From assembly GCA_010093745.1 (NCBI GenBank), contig MU005993.1:62001-126000 (forward strand): 64,000 nucleotides of DNA. Reading direction: 5' to 3'. The notes beneath the pieces are model-generated. The model searched no databases, was not told the origin of the DNA, and was given only the letters and a program-made list of their open reading frames with translations. The DNA is from Piedraia hortae CBS 480.64. Taxonomy: Eukaryota. How positions within the stretch are numbered: position 1 is the stretch's first letter; each line of letters starts with the position of its first letter. The position numbers and the translations under genes are program-made. Below, in pieces: positions 46,681 through 56,849 of the stretch.

Positions 46681-49014
46681 ATGGCACGGTACTGCCGCGC
46701 AGGGGGTTTGAGTGATAGGTCTGAGGATGGAAGCACTGAAAGTTTTTTGTCTGAGAGAAAAGACGGGACATCAACGCCTACAGAGTCCAGCCCTAGGCTC
46801 TCTCCAACCACTCCCGTGAAGCCACAGTTCTCTCCTAAATGGAACCTGGATTCGCCATTGACAAGCCCAGAACAGAATGGCAGAAGAGTCGTTTCCTTGA
46901 GGTGCCTGGATTTGAAAGATAAACTGGAAAGTATCAGGTTGCGACCTTCAAGGGCTTATATGCGGCTGCCAGAGCTTCCATTGAGCCCGATATCTTTGCT
47001 GTCCTCACCTTCTAAATCAGTATGCAGTCCTGACGAACAGTTGTATACACCCCCTACAAGCCCAGAGCCAATCCCAAGGAAGTTGCATCTGAAACCGCAT
47101 CGGTTCAGTTCGGTTAGAGGTAAGATATGGAAGACTCGTGTCAACTCGGAGCCTCAAAAGCCTACGAAGAAGGATGAGTTGGAGCCTTTGCCTGATATTT
47201 CCAAGAGGCAGCCATCCAAGGCCATTGTGCAGCTCGATGGCGAAGGTTCGGGCCCACGAAAGAGAGTGATTTCCCCAGACAGGTTCATTCCGAATCGTGA
47301 TGCAACTCCTACAAAAGAGGCCTTTCATACTTATGTACCACAGGCAAGGAGGAATCCCAGAGATGTCGATCCTTTTGTGCCGTCCTTTCAACGTTCTCTG
47401 CGGTTTGCCGAACAATACGCAACCCTTCGAGGGCCACGGCCGGCTCCTCGGCCTCCTGGAAGGCAGCCAACGCGTGTGACGGCTCGGCCTGTCAGCCAGG
47501 GAACTGTTTGGACGGTTGGAGGTACAGCTGTGATTGAAGGGGTTGCAAGCACTACGACTGGCAGAGGCGGAAGAATGACGAGTGGTTCCAGTGCTCCGCA
47601 TCATCTTGCTGGATTTCTGGGCCCAGCTATGAATGCACAAGATGTGGCACAGCATAAGGGCCGTCTAGCTCTTGCCATGGATATTGACCCTGCTACCAGG
47701 ATGGTCGGTAACAGTCCACTACACGTGGCACCCAAACCTCGTGTCTGGAGAAACGGTAGATGGGAGACTACAATGCCTTCTACCCAGACAGCCACGCCCA
47801 AGAAAGCCACTAAACGTGATGTTTCCACCCTGCCTTTTCGGGTACTTGATGCCCCAGCGCTGCGCGATGACTTTTACTGCTCACTGCTGGCCTACTCCCC
47901 GACGCTGGACCGACTAGCCGTGGGTCTCGGGCCGCATGTCTTCCTCTGGTCTGAAGGTCTGCATTCGCCAGATGTACCTGATGCACTCATGGCTCCGGGC
48001 ATGGCGCATGTAACGTCAATGTCGTTTAGTTCCACGGCGGGTGGCGGCAACATACTTGCCGTTGGGAGGGCGGATGGACGGGTAACGCTGTGGAACCCAC
48101 AAGAGCTCGATCCAAGATGTCACGGTGGACAAGAATCACCCGTGTCGGCTTTGTGCTTCCGGCCGCAACCTGTGCGACGACCGTCGGCGCGGGATCCGCT
48201 TTTGATGGTTTGGACGGAAGAACTGCTTGTTAGAGACGAAGCCGGCCAGGTCTGTTTGTATTCCGTCGAGTGGCCCGATTCCGACCTGCGCCATCTCTGG
48301 GGCTGGCCGGGCCGCATGAAGCTGCTCGTGCGGATCCAGTGTCATACGCAGCAGGTGTGTGGACTGGCCTGGAGCCCCAACGGCGAAGAGTTCGCCACTG
48401 GTGGCAATGACAATGGGCTGTACATGTACGGAAGACGCAAAGTTCTTGCCTCGAGTACGTTGGGCGAGGTAGGCCAGGTTCTCCCCGGCGAGGAGCGACA
48501 CGTCGTGTTCCTCAACGCAGCCGTCAAGGCAATTGCATTTGCACCTTGGTGGCCGCGCCTCGTCGCTGCGGGTGGCGGCAGCAACGACCGATGCATCCAC
48601 TTCTTCGACACCCACTCGGGCGCCCGCCTCGCCACCATCGACTGCCAAGCACAGGTCACTTCGCTGGTCTGGTCCCAACGCAAGAAGGAAATTACGGCTA
48701 CTTTTGGCTTTGCGCAGCCGGACCACCCCTATCGCGTGGCTGTCTTTGCTTGGCCGAGCTGTCGCACTGTTGTGGCCATTCCATGGTGGAGCGGCGAGAG
48801 GGCACTTTGGGCAGTGGCCTATCCTGGGAAAGGGGGAGTTCAGGGACAGAAGGGAGACAAGGAAGAGCGTGAAGGTATTGCAATTGCCACGAGTGATGCG
48901 AGTATCAAATTTCATGAGCTCGGCGGCAGAATCAATCTCAAAGACGACTGGCAGGGTAGTCCTATCTTGGAGGGAGTATGCTTTACTGAAGAAGTGGAGA
49001 GGGCTATTCGCTAG
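46681..49014 (+). CDS. AMA1: WD40 APC/C activator, Cdc20/Cdh1 family (Ama1-like)
   Basis: C-box DRFIP, PFRVLDAPALRDDFY, HTQQVCGLAWS, AAVKAIAFAPW, GGGSNDRCIHF and a C-terminal IR tail. The long divergent N-terminus fits the Ama1-like clade. Confidence 0.8.
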   Translation: MARYCRAGGLSDRSEDGSTESFLSERKDGTSTPTESSPRLSPTTPVKPQFSPKWNLDSPLTSPEQNGRRVVSLRCLDLKDKLESIRLRPSRAYMRLPELPLSPISLLSSPSKSVCSPDEQLYTPPTSPEPIPRKLHLKPHRFSSVRGKIWKTRVNSEPQKPTKKDELEPLPDISKRQPSKAIVQLDGEGSGPRKRVISPDRFIPNRDATPTKEAFHTYVPQARRNPRDVDPFVPSFQRSLRFAEQYATLRGPRPAPRPPGRQPTRVTARPVSQGTVWTVGGTAVIEGVASTTTGRGGRMTSGSSAPHHLAGFLGPAMNAQDVAQHKGRLALAMDIDPATRMVGNSPLHVAPKPRVWRNGRWETTMPSTQTATPKKATKRDVSTLPFRVLDAPALRDDFYCSLLAYSPTLDRLAVGLGPHVFLWSEGLHSPDVPDALMAPGMAHVTSMSFSSTAGGGNILAVGRADGRVTLWNPQELDPRCHGGQESPVSALCFRPQPVRRPSARDPLLMVWTEELLVRDEAGQVCLYSVEWPDSDLRHLWGWPGRMKLLVRIQCHTQQVCGLAWSPNGEEFATGGNDNGLYMYGRRKVLASSTLGEVGQVLPGEERHVVFLNAAVKAIAFAPWWPRLVAAGGGSNDRCIHFFDTHSGARLATIDCQAQVTSLVWSQRKKEITATFGFAQPDHPYRVAVFAWPSCRTVVAIPWWSGERALWAVAYPGKGGVQGQKGDKEEREGIAIATSDASIKFHELGGRINLKDDWQGSPILEGVCFTEEVERAIR

Positions 49015-49234
49015 CCCGTGTTGTTTGACCTAGGATGGATAAACAAGTATTTTACCGTATCTTCCCTATGAGGAACACATACCGCATGAAGAAGTCTGGC
49101 AAAAACTTTGACTATACCGCAAAAGCATGTGATTGGCCAGCCCAAACTGAACAGCCAATGGATATACTGACGCAAGTGGGGTCCTAACCACACCCATCAA
49201 CGTCTGTCAAAGAAATCAGAAGCTATCGGTCCAA

Positions 49235-51166
49235 ATGTCAAACACGCAATGCCACCATGCCGCGCAAGCGGACCCAACCGGTCTCCGCCAAGCGACAGGG
49301 TACATGCCCATTGAAAACTACGGCATCATCGGCAACATGCGCACCGCAGCCCTAATCGGCACCGACGGCGGACTCGACTTCCTCTGCTGGCCCAACTTTG
49401 ACTCGCCCTCCATCTTCGCCCGCCTTCTCGACAAAGACATTGGCGGCCATTTCACCATAACCCTCGCCTCTGGAAAATCAACCGTCAAACAACAGTACAT
49501 GCCCAGCAGCAATATCCTGCAAACAACCTTTTGGAACGATGCGGGTGTAATGGGCATAACAGATTATATGCCACGTCCGACTGTGCGTAGGGGGATGATT
49601 CCCACCGAGCCGTTGCGTCAATGGTTGGTTAGGGGCGTGGAGTGTATCCGCGGGTGTGTGGATGTGTGTGTTGAGTGTTTGCCCGCGTTTAATTATGCGA
49701 GAGATCGGCATAGATTGGTGTTTGGTGAGGATGGGAGTGCGGTTTTTGAGTCGGAGGGCCTTTCCCTTGAACTTACCGCTGTGGTTTCGGATGAGGGGCT
49801 TGTTGCGAAGTTTGAGAAAACTGAGAAGGATGCTTCTGTGTCCAAAGTGCGGCTTACGGCTGGGCAGAAGGTTTCGTTTGTGTTGAGGGAGCGGAGTTCT
49901 ACGGCGGAGAGGATTTCGGTTGCGTTGCTGGATCATTGTCTGGAGATGACGAGAAAGTTCTGGTTCCACTGGATCCGACAGTGCAACTACCAGGGACAAT
50001 GGCAGGAGGCAATCCACAGGTCGTTGTTTATTCTTAAACTACTGACTTTCGAGCCCACTGGTGCTACCGTCGCGGCGCCGACTTTCTCGCTGCCGGAGGA
50101 GATTGGTGGGACTAGGAACTGGGACTACAGATACTCGTGGGTAAGGGACAGCAGTTTTGTGATTTATATCTTTTTGAAGATGGGGTTTAATGAGGAGGCG
50201 GAGGCGTATATGCGGTTTATTGAACAGTGTGCGTTCAAGAATAAGGCGCCCGGGGGTGGACTGCCGATTATGTTTACGATTTTCGGAGAGGTGGAGATTC
50301 CGGAGATTGAGCTCAGTCATCTTGCTGGATACCGTAACAGTGCGCCTGTTCGGATCGGGAACGGGGCTGCGTTTCATACACAGCTTGATGTCTATGGTGA
50401 GCTCATGGATGCAATCTACCTCTATAACAAACACGCACAGCCGGTTTCGTGGGACAGATGGGTGGGCGTTCGTAATATGATTGACCACGTATGCACCATC
50501 TGGAAACAAAAGGACATGTCCATCTGGGAGGTGAGGGGTGAGATTCAGAATTTCACGTACTCAAAGGTGCTGCTTTGGGTTGCCATTGACCGTGCTCTGC
50601 GTTTGGCAGATAAACGGTCCTTTTCGTGCCCGCAGCGGGACCGCTGGCTACGAACACGAGATGCTATCATGGAGGAGGTCATGGAAAAGGGTTACAATAA
50701 GGAGCTGCAGAGCTTCATCCAGTCCTATGAACATCCAGACGTGCTGGACTCAGCGATGCTAATTGCACCGCTGACGTTCTTCATCGCGCCGAATGATCCT
50801 CGCATGCTATCGACTATTAACCGCATCATGAAACCACTTGAAAACGGCGGGCTGTGGTCTGCGGGGCTAGTCCACCGATACGACACGGCCGCGACTCATG
50901 ATGGCGTTAGTGGCGACGAGGGGGCCTTTAGCATGTGCACCTTCTGGTTGGTGGAGGCATTGACGAGAGCGGGGCGTTATGACGCATCGTACCTTGAGCC
51001 CGCAGTCAACACGTTTGAGCGCATGCTAGGGTTTGGGAATCATCTGTCCATGTTCAGTGAGGAGATTTCCAACTCGGGCGAGCAGCTGGGCAACACGCCG
51101 CAGGCGTTTAGCCATCTAGCTCTCATCAGCGCCGCGTTCAACCTCAACCGCGTGGGGAGGAAGTAG
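49235..51166 (+). CDS. Glycoside hydrolase family 15 (trehalase/glucoamylase-like, no signal peptide)
   Basis: YMPIENYGIIGN, AAPTFSLPEEIGGTRNWDYRYSWVRD, QLDVYGE, EGAFSMCTFW and LGNTPQAFSHL. Confidence 0.92.
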   Translation: MSNTQCHHAAQADPTGLRQATGYMPIENYGIIGNMRTAALIGTDGGLDFLCWPNFDSPSIFARLLDKDIGGHFTITLASGKSTVKQQYMPSSNILQTTFWNDAGVMGITDYMPRPTVRRGMIPTEPLRQWLVRGVECIRGCVDVCVECLPAFNYARDRHRLVFGEDGSAVFESEGLSLELTAVVSDEGLVAKFEKTEKDASVSKVRLTAGQKVSFVLRERSSTAERISVALLDHCLEMTRKFWFHWIRQCNYQGQWQEAIHRSLFILKLLTFEPTGATVAAPTFSLPEEIGGTRNWDYRYSWVRDSSFVIYIFLKMGFNEEAEAYMRFIEQCAFKNKAPGGGLPIMFTIFGEVEIPEIELSHLAGYRNSAPVRIGNGAAFHTQLDVYGELMDAIYLYNKHAQPVSWDRWVGVRNMIDHVCTIWKQKDMSIWEVRGEIQNFTYSKVLLWVAIDRALRLADKRSFSCPQRDRWLRTRDAIMEEVMEKGYNKELQSFIQSYEHPDVLDSAMLIAPLTFFIAPNDPRMLSTINRIMKPLENGGLWSAGLVHRYDTAATHDGVSGDEGAFSMCTFWLVEALTRAGRYDASYLEPAVNTFERMLGFGNHLSMFSEEISNSGEQLGNTPQAFSHLALISAAFNLNRVGRK

Positions 51167-51489
51167 TAGCAGCTGTTCATTTTCATGCAAAGTGGGGTCA
51201 AGCGCGTCAGTGACATGCGTTGACACTATTGCTGAGATCGGTAACACCGAGTTCTATTCCTTTAGCCATTTTCCTATTAGTGCATGCACGGCAATACACT
51301 GCTCCTCACCGACATTCTGCAACTTCGATAAACTCTGAGAAAAACCGCACCCGCGTTGGGCGATTTCTGCGCTACTCGGCGTTGAGCGCACGGCAGTGAA
51401 TACAGTCTCCACCCCCCTGCATCCCCCCGCTTAGACTTTTTTGTTCTTGTAGTCTTCTTTATAGCGGATTCGGGGCTGCTGTCTGACCC

Positions 51490-53757
51490 ATGTCTTCTCT
51501 GTATAGCCGGGATCCAATGGGCTCTCACCACAACGTATACGGTCGGACCAAGTCCTACCGTAGACGTACTGGGCCTCCACAACCCATCTGCGAGGATGAA
51601 GCGACGTCTTTGGCCAAGGAGCTCGCAACGACGGATATATCCTCAGACGAGCCGCCCGCTAAGGGTCTTGTTGATCAAGAACCTCTGCTTGTGCCGGTCA
51701 AAGAAATCCGTCCATATCTCGCAATGAAGACGCATCAAGAGTCGGCTAACTCAAGGACCCCTCTGCCTCTAACACCGCCTCTCAGCGATGGTGGAGATGC
51801 CCCGGAGCTGCACTCTCGTCCGGCCTCGCCGTACGCTTATACACCGCCGCCGGATTACTTCTCCCCGTCTTTGGGTCAGGGTCAAGACCGTTTAAGCCCT
51901 CAACGGCGTCGACCAAGACCAGCTAATATGAGGCTTCACCATGATGCTGCGCATCAGGTTGCTTCTGCTCCGGGTTCCCCAACCAGAGGTCCAAAGGTGG
52001 TCCTGTATTCGGCCCCAAGCTCACCAACTTTGCAGCCGTCATTGCCAAGACCAAAGAAGGTGGTCGTCTCTGCGCCAGTGTCCCCGACAAAGTCAAGGTC
52101 TCCTAGGACTTACTCCCTGCCGAGCACGGATGTAGACTGGAGTACGCTGAAGGCTGTTCACGCGGCCAGGAAGGGTGGAAGGTCGGTGGGGAATTCGAGG
52201 TCCGGTTCGCCCTCCGGAGAGATCAGGATCAACTCTAGCGGCTCAGTTACGTCCACAGGGGATTTACTCAGAGACTCCATTATGAACCGAGAGGCCGGGA
52301 AATCGCGGGGGGTGCAGTGGAAGAAGGATCTTGTCGAGTCGAAGGCGTTTGATGGTGCAAAGGCTGTAAGGGGACCTGTTCCTGCTAGACACAGTTCAGC
52401 CTCTTCCAGTGATGACTCGCCTCGACCAAGCCGTCAGTCAACTCGTCTTGCCACGAAAGGCGTGATTTTGAAAGACTTTGCAGATGTTAGGCCAGCCATT
52501 CGAGAGACGTCGGACAGTTCAAGCAGCTCTGGTGGACGTCCCAGACTGACTCGGGGAACCTCTGCTTATGTACCCAGTGAGTCTGGGTACTTGAGCGCGT
52601 GCTCTTCCGAAGACGCAAAGACCAGACCTGGCCCGGACAGGACACAGTCTTATACTGCTGCCAAAGCCGTAGAGCCCGAGTCCACCAAGACTAAGGTTAG
52701 CAGGACTGTCCCCAAGAAGACTTCTTCTAGCAGCGATACCCCCAGCAAGACTACCTCCAGCGGCACTGCCCCCATAAGGGCCGCCGTCCCAGAGGTTAAG
52801 AACAGCTTGGTGTTTCTTCACCCGCGCAGCTGTCCTCGTCCTGAAGTTGACTCCACGGACTGGTGCACCATTGCAGGAGCCTCATATCTCCTTTTGTGTC
52901 CGCAGTGTGTCGATCACATCAAACGATACCATCCCAGCCCGACCCTCCGCCATATATCGCCCATGTCGTATGGTTCCCAATGCTCCCTCGGAATGTCGCC
53001 GTGGGTGCGTCTGGCCTGGCTGCTCACCCTCAAGCGTCGGCTGCCAAACTTGGACCTGCTGGAAGACATGGCCAAGATGGACACAGCTCCCGACCATAGC
53101 CGACAATGGTATGGCATTGTCAACCGCGAAGGTAGCTTCATTCGTGGCTTCTACGTATCTGCTGCCAGCATGCGCAAGCTGGACCAGCTACTGCCTTACA
53201 TGACGAAGCTGTTCACGCCGTGGCAGTCTCGCAGCTTGCCGTCGTCGGTTGTTTGTGCCCTGCAGAATGATAATGGGCTCTACCTCGATGAGCTCGTCAA
53301 CGCTCACACGACGCTAGACATGACACGGTTCTCTGCACTGTTGAAAAAGTGCCTCCGTGTGCGCCCTTGCAGCCGCGACGTCGTCATCACCGACGGCTTG
53401 TGGCACTACGTGCCGGGCGTATCGGGGCTGACGGTGTGTGAGGAGTGCTACGAGACAGTCATCGAGCCTTGGGCTGAGCGCGGGTCCGAAGTAGCACGAC
53501 GCTTCAACCGCACGCTGCAGCCGCTCTATGGCACATATGGAAACAGCTGCCAGCTCTACTCACGACGCATGCGAGATATCTTTTGGCGCGCGGCCGAGAG
53601 CAACAATGGCACATTGCTCGAGCGGAAGGGGGCGGAAAGACGGGAGATGGAGACACGATTACAGGCTAGACTACGGGAAGCCCAACGACGTTGGACAGGG
53701 GACAAGCTGAGGCGCGAACTCGAGTGGATCAGTGGCGAATGGCGGCGCTGGGAGTGA
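51490..53757 (+). CDS. Hypothetical protein: Ser/Pro-rich N-terminus and Cys-motif C-terminal domain
   Basis: 755-aa ORF with LCPQC, SPWVRLAWLLTL, TVCEECYETVIEP and SCQLYSRRMR motifs; function not recognised. Confidence 0.75.
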   Translation: MSSLYSRDPMGSHHNVYGRTKSYRRRTGPPQPICEDEATSLAKELATTDISSDEPPAKGLVDQEPLLVPVKEIRPYLAMKTHQESANSRTPLPLTPPLSDGGDAPELHSRPASPYAYTPPPDYFSPSLGQGQDRLSPQRRRPRPANMRLHHDAAHQVASAPGSPTRGPKVVLYSAPSSPTLQPSLPRPKKVVVSAPVSPTKSRSPRTYSLPSTDVDWSTLKAVHAARKGGRSVGNSRSGSPSGEIRINSSGSVTSTGDLLRDSIMNREAGKSRGVQWKKDLVESKAFDGAKAVRGPVPARHSSASSSDDSPRPSRQSTRLATKGVILKDFADVRPAIRETSDSSSSSGGRPRLTRGTSAYVPSESGYLSACSSEDAKTRPGPDRTQSYTAAKAVEPESTKTKVSRTVPKKTSSSSDTPSKTTSSGTAPIRAAVPEVKNSLVFLHPRSCPRPEVDSTDWCTIAGASYLLLCPQCVDHIKRYHPSPTLRHISPMSYGSQCSLGMSPWVRLAWLLTLKRRLPNLDLLEDMAKMDTAPDHSRQWYGIVNREGSFIRGFYVSAASMRKLDQLLPYMTKLFTPWQSRSLPSSVVCALQNDNGLYLDELVNAHTTLDMTRFSALLKKCLRVRPCSRDVVITDGLWHYVPGVSGLTVCEECYETVIEPWAERGSEVARRFNRTLQPLYGTYGNSCQLYSRRMRDIFWRAAESNNGTLLERKGAERREMETRLQARLREAQRRWTGDKLRRELEWISGEWRRWE

Positions 53758-53872
53758 TAGGGTTTAGCCGACGTTTCTCCTTTTGTTACTAGTTCCGCTG
53801 GCTGCCTTCCCGCTTCCCATTCCCCTTTCGACTTTTTCCTTCATCCTCTGCGCAACCCGACCTGTATTAATA

Positions 53873-54258
53873 ATGGGCAAAGACTCCTTCTCCGATGGTA
53901 GGATTAACACCCTAAAGTTACTCTTGTTGTCTCAGCTGACTCTTCAGGCGATGCCAAAAAGGGCGCTGGCCTCTTCAAGACGCGATGCGCGCAATGTCAC
54001 ACTCTAAAGGAGGGCGAGGGCAACAAGACGGGACCCAACCTCCACGGTCTTTTTGGGCGTCACACCGGCTCAGTCGAGGGCTTTTCCTACACGGATGCGA
54101 ACAAGGGCGCGAACGTGGTCTGGAAAGAGGACACGCTGTTTGAGTACCTGGAAAACCCCAAGAAGTACATTCCTGGCACTAAGATGGCGTTTGGTGGATT
54201 GAAGAAGGCCAAGGACCGGAACGACCTGATCACCTTTTTGCGGGAAGAGACAAAGTAA
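53873..54258 (+). CDS. CYC1: Cytochrome c, 111 aa
   Basis: Exon 1 53873-53897, intron 53898-53947; [19 protein letters not shown] (CxxCH), [10 protein letters not shown] and [18 protein letters not shown]. Not in the ORF track. Confidence 0.97.
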
Positions 54259-54471
54259 TGTATCAATAGACGGTGTTTCCTGTAGCTATCCACTCTTTGT
54301 CCTGTAGGTTTCATCTGTCCACCGAGACGGAAGAGGCGGTAGCTGTCATCTGCAAAACGCTTAACCGAAATTGGCAGAGGCGACGCTTCCAGAACAGGCT
54401 AGAACGTGGGGCTTGACATCATTCTATTCCAGGCCCCGCGCCTTTGTTACATTGAATCGCATCGATCCACC

Positions 54472-55282
54472 ATGAGCGGCCGCAACTTTCGTGGGGGATA
54501 CGCCGGAAAGATAGCTGCTAGCAACATATCTCTACCTAGTCGGTAAGGCGACCTAGCCCCTGATTCTTCTCTATGCTGACTGTTGCAGCATCAAGTGCTC
54601 GCGTTGCGGTCTAGTCAAGAATTTGCAATCGTATTCCAAGAACCAGCAACTTCTCCTGCAGCAGAAAATCCACCGAACTACTGGCTTCAATGCGGCTACC
54701 GAGGGTGTTGTTCCCTGTACGATTTGCACGGCGGCTCAGCAAACCGAGATGCAGTGTCAGGATTGTGATCAATGGAAGGCCAAGGAACTATTCTCCAAGA
54801 CCCAACGCCGAACGCCCGATACGGCTACTTGTTTCAAGTGCATGACTGCGCGCGCAGACCTCGAGCCGGGAGGGTACTCTGACGACGATATCGATGACGA
54901 CTCTGATTCGGATAGAGGCTACGGATCAGACCATTATTCAGACGACGGGATTACCAGCCAGCCCGGGACCATGACGGGTATGAGCTTGCGTGGCGGAACT
55001 TCGGCCGGCGGCGTGCGTCTGCCCATGACCAGTGCCGGGCCCAGCACGGGCCAGTCGGCTGCCAGCACCACAGCGGAGCCTGCGCCACAGAAGAAAGGCA
55101 ACTGGGCCAGGATCGAAAAGGTGAGTTTGGATGCAGTTCTGTCTGACGATTGTGTTGACATCCTCCAGCGGCCTAAGCAGCCCAACGTCGAGGCCCGCGC
55201 TGCCATTGGGCAAAAGGAAACGAAGCACAAGGATGCACACCCGGATGATGATATCGAGGTGGCTTCATCGGATTCGGAGTAG
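54472..55282 (+). CDS. Stc1-domain zinc-finger protein
   Basis: Introns 54543-54588 and 55121-55168; IKCSRC..YSKNQ..CTICT..MQCQDCDQWKAKELFSKTQR..CFKC, followed by an acidic, Ser/Gly-rich tail. Confidence 0.75.
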
Positions 55283-55385
55283 ACTACGGGCGTTTATGAT
55301 GTAGAGTCTTTGGGTTCTACGTGGGTAACGCATTATGATATCCCATTATCCTCGTCTCAATCGTACAAGTAGAATACACTAAGGG

Positions 55386-56456
55386 CTAGGTATAGTCCAT
55401 CATGCCCGCGAACTGTTCCAGGCTATCCCAGAGGTCCTCCCAGGCCGACTTTTTCTTGACTATCTTGTCCTTGACCTCCTCTTCCTTGTTGCTCTCGTCC
55501 TCTCCCTTGCTGTCTTTAACCAACGACGTCTTCTCCTGCCATTCCACCGCATTAGTCTCTACCTTCCCCTCCTCAGCCACCACCGTCTCCCTCCCTTTTA
55601 GTAATTCCACCTCCCCCCTCAACTCCTCAATTTCGGCCCACGCCTCCTCTAATTCCTCCTCCTTCTCCTTCAACAAAAACAAATACTCCTCATTCTGCTC
55701 CACCACATCCGACAACCTCTCCTTCAACTGCGCCTGCACCTCATGCAACAACTGCAGAATCGATCTCGCATTCGTCACCGAAACTTTTGACGGTGAAGAC
55801 CTCTCCGCCTCCATCCCATTAAACGCAGGCAAAGGCGGTGAAGAAGGAAACTCCACGTCCACAACCCCAGGAGGGGAAGGCGACTCGCGTCCCTCCCGCC
55901 CCTCCCCCTCCCCCTCCCCCTCTTCGTCATCGAACAAGCCACTACTCTCCACCTCCGCAGGCAGTCTCGTCTGGCTATGTCTCGCTTCTAACTCGTCTTC
56001 GACTTGCGAGATGAGACGCTCCGCGTCGCGTTGTTGGGAGGGGTTGGAGACTTGTTTGCTTAAAGTAGTGTAGATTCGTTCGAGACGGAGGAGGTATAGG
56101 TCCGTTTGGGTGAATTCTTCTTCGTCGTCGGGGTGGAAGTGGGGGGTTGGGGAGGGTGGGAAGTAGGGTGAGGGGGATTCTGGCAAGAAGGGGGAGTGCG
56201 CAAATGAGGGGGTTTGGGGTAGAGCTCGAGGGAGGGTTTGTGGAAGGGCGGAGTCTGAGCCTGGCGATGAAATTGGGGGGTCCATTGCGGATGCGCCGGC
56301 TGAACCTTCAACTGCGTCGGCTACGTCGGCTGCGCCTCGTCCGGTTGCCTTGCTTCCCCTTGCACGCACATGCTGGTCTGTTGATGGTTCGCTTATTGGC
56401 AGCATACTTTCTTGCCCGTTGCGCTTGGGTTTTGGGTTGCGGTCGTTGGGTGTCAA
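55386..56456 (-). CDS. Hypothetical protein with Pro-rich region and C-terminal coiled coil; start uncertain
   Basis: Long open frame with acidic heptads (EKEEELEEAWAEIEELRGEVELL) and terminal KKKSAWEDLWDSL. The first in-frame ATG is at ~56406. Confidence 0.6.
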   Translation of the reverse strand: MTPNDRNPKPKRNGQESMLPISEPSTDQHVRARGSKATGRGAADVADAVEGSAGASAMDPPISSPGSDSALPQTLPRALPQTPSFAHSPFLPESPSPYFPPSPTPHFHPDDEEEFTQTDLYLLRLERIYTTLSKQVSNPSQQRDAERLISQVEDELEARHSQTRLPAEVESSGLFDDEEGEGEGEGREGRESPSPPGVVDVEFPSSPPLPAFNGMEAERSSPSKVSVTNARSILQLLHEVQAQLKERLSDVVEQNEEYLFLLKEKEEELEEAWAEIEELRGEVELLKGRETVVAEEGKVETNAVEWQEKTSLVKDSKGEDESNKEEEVKDKIVKKKSAWEDLWDSLEQFAGMMDYT

Positions 56457-56849
56457 CTTCTTCGTTGGTAATACATTTCTAGGTAAATACCCCTTGGGAG
56501 GGACGTGTCGTTGTGAATATGTTGTTTGTGAATGTTCCAGGGTGGGGGATGTGTTGTTGTTCCTAGTTATGATGTTGTTGATGGTTGTTGTTGTTGGAGG
56601 GAAATGCGATTGGGATGTGATTGGTCAGATGGGTCGGGCCGGGTGGCAGGGGTGATTGTGGCCCATGTGGGGAGTAGGGTCCATTGCGCTGGATGGCGGT
56701 GGGTATGTCGCAACTCCATTGCGTGCAGTGATGTTTTTTCGTGAAATAGTTGCATAGGGATGGAATAAACATTGCCAATTCGTAATTACGATAGAATATG
56801 TACAGATACATGGAGCAAGCCAAGAACAATACACCCCAAACTCCACCTG

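Noticed and set aside
49235..51166. Recent bacterial horizontal transfer of the intronless GH15
   Set aside because: This GH15 subtype is known from other filamentous fungi, and many neighbouring genes are also intronless.
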